Source: a virus. From it: a stretch of 64,000 nt of DNA. The stretch lies in IMG/VR virus record IMGVR_UViG_3300046028_008994. One strand, 5' to 3'. The notes beneath the pieces were generated by a model. It worked only from the letters and a program-made list of their open reading frames with translations. It made no database searches and was not told where the DNA came from. The translations under genes were made by a program, and so were the position numbers. Of the stretch, positions 25,719 through 36,270 are shown piece by piece; the first letter of the stretch is position 1; each line of letters opens with the position of its first letter.

Positions 25719-26981
25719 ATGGCAACTTGGAAAAAAGTAATAACCTCGGGAAGTACAGCTAATTTAGCAGCACTTCAAGTAGATAATTTAACATCAGGTA
25801 GTGTAGTAATTGGTGGAGGTTCTAATAATTTATCTGTTAGAACCATCAATGGAACAGGAAGTATACTAGCTACAACAGGAGCAACAGGGGTTTCAATATC
25901 CGGTTCATTTAGTGGTTCTTATTTTGGTGATGGTTCTGGATTAAGTGGTGTAGCTGCTAATTTTCCTATAGTTGCTAAAACAGATTTAGCATCTACTGAT
26001 CAATTTTTTATTAGTGATGGTGCTAGTAAATTTATTACCTATGGTAATTTATTAACTGATTTAGCAGGTACTAATTTAGCAGTTGAAGGTACAGATAGTT
26101 TAACATTAGCTACTACTATTACAGGTATTACATCAATAACTTCTACTGGTTTTACTGGTTCATTAATTGGTACTTCAAGTTGGGCTACAAATGCATTAAC
26201 ATCTTCTAGATTTACAGTTACTGACACAACAACAGGTACAGGACCATATTATGTAGTATTTACAGATGGTACATCAGGAGCTCAGTTACCAAGAGTAGAT
26301 TCTGCTGCTCTTACTTTTAATGCTACTACAAATACTTTAACAGTAACTTCTTCAAATGCAACTCAAGCTTTAAGTTCATCTTTTGCTACAACAGCTTTAT
26401 CCTCAACATCATCTTCATTTGCTACAACTGCTTCATTTGCTACAACAGCATCATTTGTTACAAGTGCGTCATTTGCTTCAACTGTAGGAAGTATAGCTAA
26501 TAATGTTACTAATAATGCTGATAATAGAATATTAACAGCAACCGGTGCTGGTACAATAAATGGTGAAGCCAATTTAACGTTTGATGGTACTACATTAAGT
26601 GTAACAGGAAATCAAGTATTAACAGGAAATTTAATAGTACAAGGTACAGCTTCATTTCAACAAACAACCAATTTAGAAGTTGCTGACCGATTTGTATTAT
26701 TTGCTTCAGGTTCAAACTCAGCAGGAGATGGTGGTATTATTGTTCAACAAGCAACTCAAAATATAGGAGAATTATTTGGTTATGAAAATTCAGTTAATCG
26801 TTGGGGATTCACATCATCTTTTAATGCTTCTAGTCCTTCATATACAGCAGCCGCTTTTGTAACTACAACACAAATAGCGGCATCTAATCCTACAGCAGCT
26901 CCAATTTATGGTGGTGTTACAAATGGATTAGGTAATATTTGGGTTAATTCAACTTCAGAAGATATTTTTATATATTCATAA
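25719..26981 (+). CDS. Tail fibre protein
   Basis: MATWKKVITSGS start, TASFA repeats, NRILTATG...INGEANLTFDG, TGNLIVQGT...NLEVADRF. Confidence 0.7.
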   Translation: MATWKKVITSGSTANLAALQVDNLTSGSVVIGGGSNNLSVRTINGTGSILATTGATGVSISGSFSGSYFGDGSGLSGVAANFPIVAKTDLASTDQFFISDGASKFITYGNLLTDLAGTNLAVEGTDSLTLATTITGITSITSTGFTGSLIGTSSWATNALTSSRFTVTDTTTGTGPYYVVFTDGTSGAQLPRVDSAALTFNATTNTLTVTSSNATQALSSSFATTALSSTSSSFATTASFATTASFVTSASFASTVGSIANNVTNNADNRILTATGAGTINGEANLTFDGTTLSVTGNQVLTGNLIVQGTASFQQTTNLEVADRFVLFASGSNSAGDGGIIVQQATQNIGELFGYENSVNRWGFTSSFNASSPSYTAAAFVTTTQIAASNPTAAPIYGGVTNGLGNIWVNSTSEDIFIYS

Positions 26982-26986
26982 AAATT

Positions 26987-27175
26987 ATGGGGATTTTAGA
27001 TAAACTTAATAAACAAACAAACCCACAATTAGGTATTAATAATCTTAATCAAAAAGAAATAGAAATTTTACTTTCTATGATTAAGCGTACAACATTTCTT
27101 GGAGAAGACATAGAGTTTTTGTATACTTTAGTTGTTAAATTACAAGAACAATATTTAAATTCAAATCAAACATAA
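26987..27175 (+). CDS. Small hypothetical protein (possible fibre chaperone)
   Basis: 62 aa, located between fibre genes. Confidence 0.55.
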   Translation: MGILDKLNKQTNPQLGINNLNQKEIEILLSMIKRTTFLGEDIEFLYTLVVKLQEQYLNSNQT

Positions 27176-27194
27176 ATAAATAAAACAAACAGTT

Positions 27195-27434
27195 ATGAAT
27201 ATATTTTCAATCGATTTTTCCCATGCTGAACTAAATTTTATTAGACAAGCCTTAGAAACTGTTCCAATTCAAGGACGAGATGCTAAATTTTGTGCTTCTA
27301 TTCAAATTAAAATTGAACAAGAGTTAGAACAAATAATACAATTTATTAAAAATGAAGAAGAAGCTAAAATGTTAGGTCTTCAACAAATTGTAAATAATGA
27401 GACAATGAAGCAATCAGCAAGAAAAAAATCTTAA
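27195..27434 (+). CDS. Small hypothetical protein
   Basis: 79 aa, located between fibre genes. Confidence 0.55.
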   Translation: MNIFSIDFSHAELNFIRQALETVPIQGRDAKFCASIQIKIEQELEQIIQFIKNEEEAKMLGLQQIVNNETMKQSARKKS

Positions 27435-27463
27435 CTTATTATATAATTATAATAAAATAAAAT

Positions 27464-28402
27464 ATGTCTAGTTGGAAGCGAATTATAACGTCAGGTTCGG
27501 ATGCTGTTTTAAATACAGTCAGTGCTACCTCATTTATTGGACCTTTAAATGGTACCGCTTCATGGGCTGTATCATCATCAAGAGCAATAACAGCATCATT
27601 TGCTACTCAAGCATTAAGTTCATCATTTACATCAACAGCTTCATTTATTAATACATTAAATCAAAACGTAACAGTAAATGGTACAATTAGTGGATCATCT
27701 TTATACTCAAATGGAGATGTTACTGCCGCACAATACCTAAGATCACTAAATTCATCAGGAGATGAAGGAGGGGAAATCTTTCTTAGTAAAGCCGTTACAA
27801 ACACATCTATTACAGGAGGTGTTACTATCGATGTTTGGCAAAATAGATTAAGATTTTTTGAGCAAGGGGGCACTGCACGAGGATATTTTTTAGATATCAC
27901 CGCAGGTGGTGCAGGTGTGGGAACAAACCTAGCATCAGGAGGTAGTGGATTTCCATTTACTGGATCAGCACAAATAACTGGTAGCTTAGGAGTAACAGGT
28001 AGTGCATATATAAGTGGTGCTTTAGGTGTAGGAACAAGTACTCCAACAACAATAGGTTTAATTCGAGCAACTAATGACGTTATTGCTTTTTATTCATCAG
28101 ATGAAAGATTAAAAACAAATAAAAAAATTATTTCCAATCCTGTAGAAATAATACAACAACTTAATGGATATAAGTTTACTTGGATTCCAAAAAAAGGTAT
28201 TCATGAAAATAAAGGAAAAGATATAGGAATTATAGCTCAAGAAGTTGAAAAAGTCTTACCTGAAATTGTAGTTACTCGTGATAATGGATATAAAGCTGTT
28301 AAATATGAAAAAATAATAGCAGTTTTAATTGAAGCAGTTAAAGAACTAAATAATAAAATTGAAATTTTAGAAGAAAAAATCAATAAAAATGACAATACCT
28401 AG
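27464..28402 (+). CDS. Tail fibre with C-terminal intramolecular chaperone (peptidase S74)
   Basis: SSDERLKTN...GIIAQEVEKVLPEIV...AVKYEKIIAVLIEAVKEL. Confidence 0.88.
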   Translation: MSSWKRIITSGSDAVLNTVSATSFIGPLNGTASWAVSSSRAITASFATQALSSSFTSTASFINTLNQNVTVNGTISGSSLYSNGDVTAAQYLRSLNSSGDEGGEIFLSKAVTNTSITGGVTIDVWQNRLRFFEQGGTARGYFLDITAGGAGVGTNLASGGSGFPFTGSAQITGSLGVTGSAYISGALGVGTSTPTTIGLIRATNDVIAFYSSDERLKTNKKIISNPVEIIQQLNGYKFTWIPKKGIHENKGKDIGIIAQEVEKVLPEIVVTRDNGYKAVKYEKIIAVLIEAVKELNNKIEILEEKINKNDNT

Positions 28403-29072
28403 TTCAAGCATTTCATTTATTGATATATGGGAAGAAGCAAATGGAACTTATAGTTCAGGAGAACTTAGTTTATTTAAAATGTCAAATTTCTCTTATTTTT
28501 CAGGACCTAATGGATCAAATACAGTTTCAGATAATAATTGGGGAAGAGGAGAATTTTCAGGAGCCGACAGAATATATAATCTTACTGCTCAAACTTCTTC
28601 TTTTGGTGTAGGTGATTTTTCAAATTTAGATTATTTCTATGATAATACAAATTATAAAATTATTTTAGATGTAACAAATAATGTGGCCGCACCCCCACCT
28701 TTTCCACCCCCACCACCTACAGCTAATGAATTTAATCCTATTTTGCAGTTTTTTGATAATTCATTAACTTATAATTATATTAATGCAGGAACAGGATTTG
28801 TCTCACCGGGAGGAGGAAATATAAATACTGATATTAGTACAACAACTACCCCATTAATTAATACAGCTTATTGGGAATTAACCCTTGTTCCCGGAAGTCC
28901 TTTTCCTGCTAGTTTTGCCGATTTAACAATTAATGGAACTACTATTTTTACAGGAGTTGTTGTAAATGCTAGTCCTACTAATACAGTTTTTAATTCTACT
29001 ACTTATGGTACAGTAGATATAGGAGCTATTACGGGGGGTGATGGTTTTGAATTTGTTTTAGATGTATATTAA
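28389..29072 (+). CDS. Fibre-associated or receptor-binding candidate with polyproline linker
   Basis: MTIPSSSISFIDI start, common for genes following S74 fibres; APPPPFPPPPPTA. Confidence 0.55.
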   Translation: MTIPSSSISFIDIWEEANGTYSSGELSLFKMSNFSYFSGPNGSNTVSDNNWGRGEFSGADRIYNLTAQTSSFGVGDFSNLDYFYDNTNYKIILDVTNNVAAPPPFPPPPPTANEFNPILQFFDNSLTYNYINAGTGFVSPGGGNINTDISTTTTPLINTAYWELTLVPGSPFPASFADLTINGTTIFTGVVVNASPTNTVFNSTTYGTVDIGAITGGDGFEFVLDVY

Positions 29073-29286
29073 TAATATGATTAACTGGATTTCAACATAT
29101 GATTTTTTAAATTATCAACCTGATCAAGAATTAGAATTAAAAATTTTTAACTTAGCAAAAGAAAATACAACTCCATTTAAGATTGGAAATCCAATAAGTC
29201 CTAATTCTCCAATTCCGTATAATAAAAAAACATATTTTTACCCTTTAGAATTTTTACAACAAAATTTTCAAAATGAAGTAAAATAA
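29062..29286 (+). CDS. Hypothetical protein
   Basis: 74-aa ORF. Confidence 0.5.
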   Translation: MYINNMINWISTYDFLNYQPDQELELKIFNLAKENTTPFKIGNPISPNSPIPYNKKTYFYPLEFLQQNFQNEVK

Positions 29287-29323
29287 TTAAAAAATTATAT
29301 ATTTATAATAAAAATAAAAACAC

Positions 29324-29986
29324 ATGGGATATTTAAATAATACCGTAGTTACAGTAGATGCTATTTTAACTACTAAAGGCCGTCAATTATTAGCTCAAAA
29401 TGATGGTTCGTTTCGTATAACACAATTTGCTTTAGCTGATGATGAAATTGATTATACTTTGTATAATCCTAATCACCCATCAGGATCTGCTTATTATGGT
29501 GAGGCATTAATTAATATGCCTTTACTTGAAGCTTTTCCTAATGAAACTCAAGTAATGAAATATAAATTAACAACATTACCTCGTGGTACAGCTAAGTTAC
29601 CTATTTTAGCTATTCCTCCAAGTGTTCCTTTAAAACAAGGTCAATCACAAATAATTCGACCTGAAACTCTAAACTATTTTGGAGGAAATACATCTGAACA
29701 ATCAGGTTATACATTTACAATTTCTGATGTTAGATTAACATCTACATTTGAGGGTGTTGGTATTAATACTCCAAATGCACAAGCACTAAATACTTCAACT
29801 CAAACAACAGGTACTGTAGTATCTAAAACAGTAATAGGTACTTCTTTAAATATAAGAGGTACTACTGTAAATGCTATATTCCCTGCTACTGCTAATGCAG
29901 GATCAATTTTACAAGCTACATTAAATATTGTAGGTAGAGATAGTGGAGCTACAGCAACAATACCATTCCAATTAACAAAAGTATAA
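29324..29986 (+). CDS. Virion structural protein
   Basis: DAILTTKGRQLLA....F.ITQFALADDEIDY; late motif at 29300. Confidence 0.65.
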   Translation: MGYLNNTVVTVDAILTTKGRQLLAQNDGSFRITQFALADDEIDYTLYNPNHPSGSAYYGEALINMPLLEAFPNETQVMKYKLTTLPRGTAKLPILAIPPSVPLKQGQSQIIRPETLNYFGGNTSEQSGYTFTISDVRLTSTFEGVGINTPNAQALNTSTQTTGTVVSKTVIGTSLNIRGTTVNAIFPATANAGSILQATLNIVGRDSGATATIPFQLTKV

Positions 29987-29996
29987 AATATAAGAC

Positions 29997-31043
29997 ATGG
30001 CATTTAAAGCATTTCAACCAACAGATATTGTAGTAAGTAGTGATTCAATTACAGCTACATTGTGGTCTACTAATACACCTTCATTAACAACATTTTTTAC
30101 CTCTTCTACACAGATAGCAAGTACAGCAGGTAATTATTATTATAATATTTTTCAAACAGCATCAACACAAATAGGTGCTGAAGTACAATTTGCTATAGCT
30201 TATGGTAATACTAATGGAAGTGGTAGTTTAAATTTTAATAACTTAGTAGATGGTTATTCTCCAACTTCTACAATCTATGGTCAATATCAAGATTTAGTTT
30301 TAGGAGATGAAAATTCTAATTTTATTTTTGGAGCAATTACTTCATCTGAATTTATTGCAATTTCTTTTGATAGATCTAGATATAAAGAATCATTATTTTT
30401 AGGTTCATTAGCATTAACACTTAAAGGACAAGCAGCATCTTCAGGTTCTGTTACTTTAACAGATAATAGTAAATATGTAAGTTCTGTTGTTTATACGAAT
30501 GGCGGAATGAGAGTATTTCAATTAATGTCGGGGTCTCAAGGTATTAGATTTACAGGTTCAGCAACAACAGCAGATGGATTTTCAAAAACAGGTTCTTATG
30601 GTTGGTTCTTACCAGATATTGGAACTATATTATTAAATCCGAGTGCATTAAGAGCAGTACCAGCTGACGGAGGTATAGGATTTTTATTTAGTGGTTCTGC
30701 AACAGCATCAGTAGCTCCAATAGCACCACCACTAAGAGATATTTACACAGCAATTAGTGGAGGAGCTTCATTTTTAATTAATTCACAAGAAACTATTACA
30801 TCAGATTATATATTTGTAAGACCACAAAGTTCTGAATTTAATTATTCTGAAAATCCAAGTTTTATTGCAGGTTCTACAGGTGAAGTAATATATAGTGATT
30901 TTATTAATAATCCACAAACATATATTACAACTGTAGGTTTATATAATAATAATAATGAGTTATTAGCTGTAGCTAAATTATCAAGACCATTATCTAAAAA
31001 TTTCACATCAGAAGCTCTTATACGTGTTAAATTAGATTTTTAA
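29997..31043 (+). CDS. Virion structural protein (baseplate/fibre attachment type)
   Basis: C-terminal YITTVGLYN.NNELLAVAKLSRP. Confidence 0.65.
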   Translation: MAFKAFQPTDIVVSSDSITATLWSTNTPSLTTFFTSSTQIASTAGNYYYNIFQTASTQIGAEVQFAIAYGNTNGSGSLNFNNLVDGYSPTSTIYGQYQDLVLGDENSNFIFGAITSSEFIAISFDRSRYKESLFLGSLALTLKGQAASSGSVTLTDNSKYVSSVVYTNGGMRVFQLMSGSQGIRFTGSATTADGFSKTGSYGWFLPDIGTILLNPSALRAVPADGGIGFLFSGSATASVAPIAPPLRDIYTAISGGASFLINSQETITSDYIFVRPQSSEFNYSENPSFIAGSTGEVIYSDFINNPQTYITTVGLYNNNNELLAVAKLSRPLSKNFTSEALIRVKLDF

Positions 31044-31048
31044 AATGA

Positions 31049-32029
31049 ATGAGCGTATACAAACAATTTCAAGCATCTGATATAATTGTTTCTCCATTCG
31101 AGGTAAATAAATCATTTACTTTTAATGGTGCTGCTTCATTCACAGGTTCTAATGTTGGTATTGATAGATTTTTAGGTTTAAATACAGGTTCTTTATTTAA
31201 TCCACTAAGCGATCCAACAACAGGACAAATATCTACTCAATACCAAAGATTAGTTTATAGTTCTATTAAAGAACTGTATTACTCAAATTTTTTAAATTCA
31301 ACAGCAAGTTTAGGATCTCCAGTAACAACAGCAAGTTTAATACCTGGAGCAAACTCAGAAGGAGATGTTTTAGTAGGTCCTACATCTTCTGCAGGTAGAT
31401 ATTTTAATTATCCTCAAACAACTTTAACTTTTGAACATTATCTTCCTACAGCACCTAATTTATATATTGGTGTTTTATCAATTCCAGCAAAATTATTTGG
31501 AAATTATATACAACCTGGTTCATTTAGATGGAGTGCAGACAGTGGTTCGATTAATGATGATGGAGAAGGAAATTTAATATTTTCTTCTACTCAACAAATT
31601 TGTGGTCAAATATTTTATTCTCATGGGATTGCTGTATTAACTAGTGATTCAATGCCATTAGCTGATACTTATGGAACTGGAATATTTGGTTCTTCTGTTT
31701 ATGGATTATCTGATAGTATAGTAATTGAAAATTTTATAACATCATCTAACGTAACTTGTTCATTTTCATCCTCTCTAACAATTTATGAAACACAATATAA
31801 ATGTACAGCAAGAGAAAATGAATTTAATTTTAGTTTAAATCCATCTATAATTTCAGGTTCTGAAGGTATACCATATAGTTATGTAACATCATCTTTATTC
31901 TCACCATATGTAACAACAGTAGGATTATATGATGAAGATCAAAATTTATTAGCAATAGGAAAATTATCACAACCATTACCTTCATCGCCTACAACAGATA
32001 CTACAATACTTATTAATATAGATAGATAA
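31049..32029 (+). CDS. Paralog of 29997
   Basis: C-terminal YVTTVGLYD.DQNLLAIGKLSQP. Confidence 0.65.
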   Translation: MSVYKQFQASDIIVSPFEVNKSFTFNGAASFTGSNVGIDRFLGLNTGSLFNPLSDPTTGQISTQYQRLVYSSIKELYYSNFLNSTASLGSPVTTASLIPGANSEGDVLVGPTSSAGRYFNYPQTTLTFEHYLPTAPNLYIGVLSIPAKLFGNYIQPGSFRWSADSGSINDDGEGNLIFSSTQQICGQIFYSHGIAVLTSDSMPLADTYGTGIFGSSVYGLSDSIVIENFITSSNVTCSFSSSLTIYETQYKCTARENEFNFSLNPSIISGSEGIPYSYVTSSLFSPYVTTVGLYDEDQNLLAIGKLSQPLPSSPTTDTTILINIDR

Positions 32030-32032
32030 ATT

Positions 32033-32482
32033 ATGAATAATTGGTTATACGAAAATAAAGAAATAATATCACTGGATGATTTCCCAACCGACACTTTTGG
32101 GTATATATACATGGTAACTCATACTCCGAGCGAAGTATCGTATTTAGGGAAAAAATCGCTATATCACAACGTAAAGCGCAAATTAACCAAAAAAGAATTA
32201 GCAGAAATGCCCGTAACAAGAGGACGAAAAGTATTAACAGAAATTGTTAAAAAAGAATCCGATTGGAAAACATATTTTGGGTCCGCAAAACCAATCTTAG
32301 CACTGATAAAGGACGGTAAACAAGAGGAATTTACCCGTCAGATACTACAGTTGGTACCCAATAAAAAATTACTAACATACTATGAGTGTAAATATATGTT
32401 TACTCATGGTGTGTTAGAAAATCCTGATAAATGGTTTAACGACAATATTTTAGGAAAATTCTACAGTAAAGACTTTTTATAA
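32033..32482 (+). CDS. GIY-YIG-superfamily nuclease-like protein
   Basis: FGYIYMVT......YLGKK, SDWKTYFGS, FTRQIL, NDNILGKF. Confidence 0.65.
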   Translation: MNNWLYENKEIISLDDFPTDTFGYIYMVTHTPSEVSYLGKKSLYHNVKRKLTKKELAEMPVTRGRKVLTEIVKKESDWKTYFGSAKPILALIKDGKQEEFTRQILQLVPNKKLLTYYECKYMFTHGVLENPDKWFNDNILGKFYSKDFL

Positions 32483-32494
32483 TATTTATAACAA

Positions 32495-32851
32495 ATGAAA
32501 CTAACAGATTTAAGAAAACTAATTCTAGAAGAATTAGCAAATATCCAAGAAGAAGCACACATCCCAGTAGATGAAATTGGTAAATTTTTTGTAGTTAAAA
32601 AACCTAAAAAAGGTATGACTAAAGAAAATATGGTTCAAGAAGCTACTGTTTTTGATGATATTAAAGCAGAAGAAACATTGGGTGTTTATAAAAATAAATC
32701 TGAAGCAAATCGTTTAGCTGGTGAAGCATTAAAATCATTTGAAGATCAACTTAAAGAAGTTGAAACATCAATGGAAGAATATAGAAGTGCTCAAAAAGCT
32801 ATTAAAGAAAAAGCTGAGGAAACAAAAGCAAAAATCAAAAAAATAAAATAA
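32495..32851 (+). CDS. Hypothetical protein with MKLTDLRKLILEE leader
   Basis: Late motif at 32483. Confidence 0.7.
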   Translation: MKLTDLRKLILEELANIQEEAHIPVDEIGKFFVVKKPKKGMTKENMVQEATVFDDIKAEETLGVYKNKSEANRLAGEALKSFEDQLKEVETSMEEYRSAQKAIKEKAEETKAKIKKIK

Positions 32852-32860
32852 TTTTAAATT

Positions 32861-32896
32861 AAGCTTGGAAAACCAAGCTTTTTTTATTATATTAAG
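32861..32896 (+). promoter_or_regulatory. Terminator/promoter overlap upstream of primase
   Basis: AAGCTTGG-AAAA-CCAAGCTT-T5; CTTG 32864, N20, TATATTAAG 32888, ATG 3 nt later. Confidence 0.65.
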
Positions 32897-32899
32897 GTT

Positions 32900-33829
32900 A
32901 TGTTAAATCAACCTTTAATAGCTTTGGTTAATTCTGTATTAGGAACAGGTAAATCTACTTCTAGAGGAAATTATGCATATCATTGTCCTTTTTGTAATCA
33001 CCATAAACCAAAACTAGAAATTAATTTTAACGAAAATGAAAAGGGTGAAAATCCTTGGCATTGTTGGGCATGTGATAAAAAAGGTAAAAAAGCATATCAA
33101 GTTTTAAAACTATCCCCATTATCACCTGAAATAATATCAGAATTAAAATCACTTACTAAAGGAGGATTCTCAGAAAAACAAATAACAGTAGAGGAAAAAG
33201 TAGAACTACCTAAAGAATATAAATCACTATTGAATATTAGTCAATTAAATATTATAGGTAGACATGCATTATCATACTTAAAATCTAGAAATATATTAGA
33301 AGAAGATATAATTAAATATAATATGGGTTATTGCGATTCAGGACCATATGCTAATATGATAATTATTCCTTCATACGATGCAAATGGTAAATTAAATTAT
33401 TTTACAGGACGTTCATTTAAAAAAGATTCATTTATAAAATATAAAAACCCAACAGTATCACGTGATATAATTCCTTTTGAATTATATATAAATTGGGAAT
33501 TACCAATTATATTGTGTGAAGGACCATTTGATGCAACAACAATTAAAAGAAATACTATCCCACTACTAGGTAAAAATATACAATCTAATTTAATGAAGAA
33601 AATTGTAAAATCTAGTGTTGACAAAATATATATCGCCTTAGACAGGGATGCTCAAAAACAAGCCTTGAGTTTTTGTGAAAAGCTAATGTCTGAAGGTAAA
33701 GAAGTTTATCTAGTAGATATGCAAGATAAAGACCCAAGCGAAATGGGTTTTGAAAACTTTACAAAATTAATTCAAGACACTTATCCATTAACCTTTTCTA
33801 GTTTACTAGGAAAAAAACTAACATTATGA
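32900..33829 (+). CDS. DNA primase (DnaG-type, zinc finger + TOPRIM)
   Basis: CPFCNH...WHCWAC; LCEGPFDA; IALDRDA; KDPSE. Confidence 0.9.
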   Translation: MLNQPLIALVNSVLGTGKSTSRGNYAYHCPFCNHHKPKLEINFNENEKGENPWHCWACDKKGKKAYQVLKLSPLSPEIISELKSLTKGGFSEKQITVEEKVELPKEYKSLLNISQLNIIGRHALSYLKSRNILEEDIIKYNMGYCDSGPYANMIIIPSYDANGKLNYFTGRSFKKDSFIKYKNPTVSRDIIPFELYINWELPIILCEGPFDATTIKRNTIPLLGKNIQSNLMKKIVKSSVDKIYIALDRDAQKQALSFCEKLMSEGKEVYLVDMQDKDPSEMGFENFTKLIQDTYPLTFSSLLGKKLTL

Positions 33830-34605
33830 TAGACAAAAACTCAAATATTATCCATGATCCTAAAATTAAACGAATTATACAATATAGTTCTGATAATAAA
33901 CAAATTAACGTATTAGATCAACGTTTTTACAGACGAAACGAGGAATATTATCCTTCAGTATCTAGTATATTAAACTATTTTCCTAAAAATAAATTTTTTC
34001 ACGATTGGCTTAAAGATGTAGGTCATAATAGTGAAATTATTGCTCAAAAAGCAGCATGGGAAGGTACACAAGTACACAATGCTATTGAACATTTTCTTAA
34101 TGGAAATGAATTAAGTTGGATTGATGAGGATGGAAATGCTTTATACGGTTTAGAAATTTGGAAAATGATATTAAAATTTGCTGATTTTTGGAATACACAT
34201 AAACCAGAACTAATAGCAACAGAATATCATTTATTTTCAGATGAATATAAATTCGCAGGTACTGCAGATATTATATGTAGAATAGCAGGAGTATTATATT
34301 TATTAGATATTAAAACATCAAATTCAATTCATAATTCATATAATTTACAACTAGCAGCCTATGCTCAAGCATGGAATGAAACACATAGTGAAAAAGTAAC
34401 AGATACAGGTATAGTATGGTTAAAAGCAGCTACACGAGGTCCTGCTAAAGATAAAATTCAAGGTAGTGGATGGCAATTAAAACAAATAGGTAATATAGAA
34501 CATAATTTTAATATGTTTACTAAAATATATGATATTTTTAAAATGGAAAATCCTGACTACAAACCATTAACTCAAACACTCCCAACTACTATTAAAATAT
34601 CATAA
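33826..34605 (+). CDS. PD-(D/E)XK exonuclease
   Basis: YPSVSSIL, GTQVH, AGTADI, LLDIKTS, LQLAAY. Confidence 0.85.
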   Translation: MIDKNSNIIHDPKIKRIIQYSSDNKQINVLDQRFYRRNEEYYPSVSSILNYFPKNKFFHDWLKDVGHNSEIIAQKAAWEGTQVHNAIEHFLNGNELSWIDEDGNALYGLEIWKMILKFADFWNTHKPELIATEYHLFSDEYKFAGTADIICRIAGVLYLLDIKTSNSIHNSYNLQLAAYAQAWNETHSEKVTDTGIVWLKAATRGPAKDKIQGSGWQLKQIGNIEHNFNMFTKIYDIFKMENPDYKPLTQTLPTTIKIS

Positions 34606-34634
34606 TTTATTTTTTTCATTAATATTTATAATTA

Positions 34635-35723
34635 ATGAATATCCTAGTTTCCTCATTAGTTGAACACCTTACCGAACTTATTACAGCTACTGATATAATA
34701 TGTAATAATTGTAATTGGAAGTGGTCTAAAGAAGATGGTGGGGATGATTTATATCTTTGCCATAAGTGTGGGTATGATAATACTTCTGATACTTTAAATG
34801 AATTAGGAGAAGGAAATGTTAAACCATTTGAGTGGCGTACTTTAGGTAATTATAGCATAGAAACTTATGTTGATAAATTAAAAGAAATGGCACCCGAATA
34901 TGGTGATGGTACATATCAATACGCCTTTAAATCAGATAATGCTGATTATGTTGTAAATGTTTTTATTAAAACTATACCACCTACAACAACTAATGGTAAA
35001 CACCAAATGTATATGGCTTTTGGTTTTGGTTTAAAAAGTGGAGGAGAGGAAATAACTAACTATCAAGAACAATATAGAATAATGGCTACTATGTTAGATA
35101 TTATATCTAATTTTGTAAACACAGTAGATGATAATATAGACGATGTAATTATTAAAGAAATTCAATTTCACCCCAAAGCAGATGATGGTATTGGCAATGA
35201 TGCTAATTCTAAAAGAGGTAAATTATATAAAGAATATATTGTTAAAAATTTAGATCGATTTCATAAAAAATATAAATTTTCATCAACACCTAAAGCATTA
35301 TATTTAATACCAACTAACGTATTTCCTGTAAAAGAAAATCAAACTAAAACTTTGGATCTTAAAGAAGGAATCGTACGTTTATCGAAATACATGCTCGATA
35401 ACGGATTAAATATTAAACCTCTACCTAAAATAAAATTTATAAGCAATGATAATGAAAATGCAAATAATATTTTAGGTAAAACAGCGTATTACAATCCATC
35501 AGAAAAATCAATTACTTTATTTACTTTAAACAGACATCCAAAAGATATTTTACGTTCATTTTCTCATGAAATGATTCACCACATTCAAAATTTAGAAGGT
35601 AGATTAAATAATATTCAAACTACTAATACAAACGAAGATGGTGATTTACCTGAATTAGAAAAAGAAGCATATGAAAAAGGTAATATGATGTTACGTAATT
35701 GGGAAGATAGTATAAAAAATTAA
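34635..35723 (+). CDS. Modular protein: zinc ribbon, middle domain, HExxH zincin-like domain
   Basis: CNNCNWKW...LYLCHKCG; RSFSHEMIHHIQ...LEKEAY. Confidence 0.7.
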   Translation: MNILVSSLVEHLTELITATDIICNNCNWKWSKEDGGDDLYLCHKCGYDNTSDTLNELGEGNVKPFEWRTLGNYSIETYVDKLKEMAPEYGDGTYQYAFKSDNADYVVNVFIKTIPPTTTNGKHQMYMAFGFGLKSGGEEITNYQEQYRIMATMLDIISNFVNTVDDNIDDVIIKEIQFHPKADDGIGNDANSKRGKLYKEYIVKNLDRFHKKYKFSSTPKALYLIPTNVFPVKENQTKTLDLKEGIVRLSKYMLDNGLNIKPLPKIKFISNDNENANNILGKTAYYNPSEKSITLFTLNRHPKDILRSFSHEMIHHIQNLEGRLNNIQTTNTNEDGDLPELEKEAYEKGNMMLRNWEDSIKN

Positions 35724-35730
35724 TAACAAT

Positions 35731-36264
35731 ATGAATTACAATATTAGAGAAGACGAAGATAATCAATCATCATCAATACGCTTAGATCAAGATCTTATTT
35801 TAACAACAACAGAAAATATTCAAAAAGTCGTAGATGCCTTAGAAAATATTGATAATTATGGAATATATTTATCAAATATTAGAAAACCAAATACTAATAA
35901 AGCAATAGAAGATTATTTTGGTCCATCAAATCCTTCAAAAAAGAAAACAGCATTAAAAGCAAGAGGAGGAGAACCATTTCCTCTTAGAACAAAACAATCA
36001 GTAGATGATTTTATCAAATCACTAACCAGTAAACCTAATTTATTAGATTATAAAGTAGAAGGTAATACTATTATATTTCCTAAAGAATCAAATGAAACAA
36101 AAGAAAATATAAAAAGAATAATTGATACTGTTATGAAAAGTGCTGGCATTACTAAATATAAATTAATTAAAAAAGAAAGTGGTAGTTCTATAGAAGAAGG
36201 TAGAAAAATAAAACAAATCCGCCAGTTTATTAGAGAAGAAATCAAAAACATTATAAATAAATAA
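35731..36264 (+). CDS. Hypothetical protein
   Basis: 177 aa; ends IRQFIREEIK. Confidence 0.65.
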   Translation: MNYNIREDEDNQSSSIRLDQDLILTTTENIQKVVDALENIDNYGIYLSNIRKPNTNKAIEDYFGPSNPSKKKTALKARGGEPFPLRTKQSVDDFIKSLTSKPNLLDYKVEGNTIIFPKESNETKENIKRIIDTVMKSAGITKYKLIKKESGSSIEEGRKIKQIRQFIREEIKNIINK

Positions 36265-36270
36265 AATATA

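Noticed and set aside
26380-26480. Tandem TCATTTGCTACAAC-type repeats
   Set aside because: They encode ASFATT fibre repeats, and no reverse transcriptase or template/variable repeat pair suggesting a DGR is visible.
28420-28611. Alternative-frame + strand ORF
   Set aside because: Fully nested in 28389-29072, with no independent start signal.
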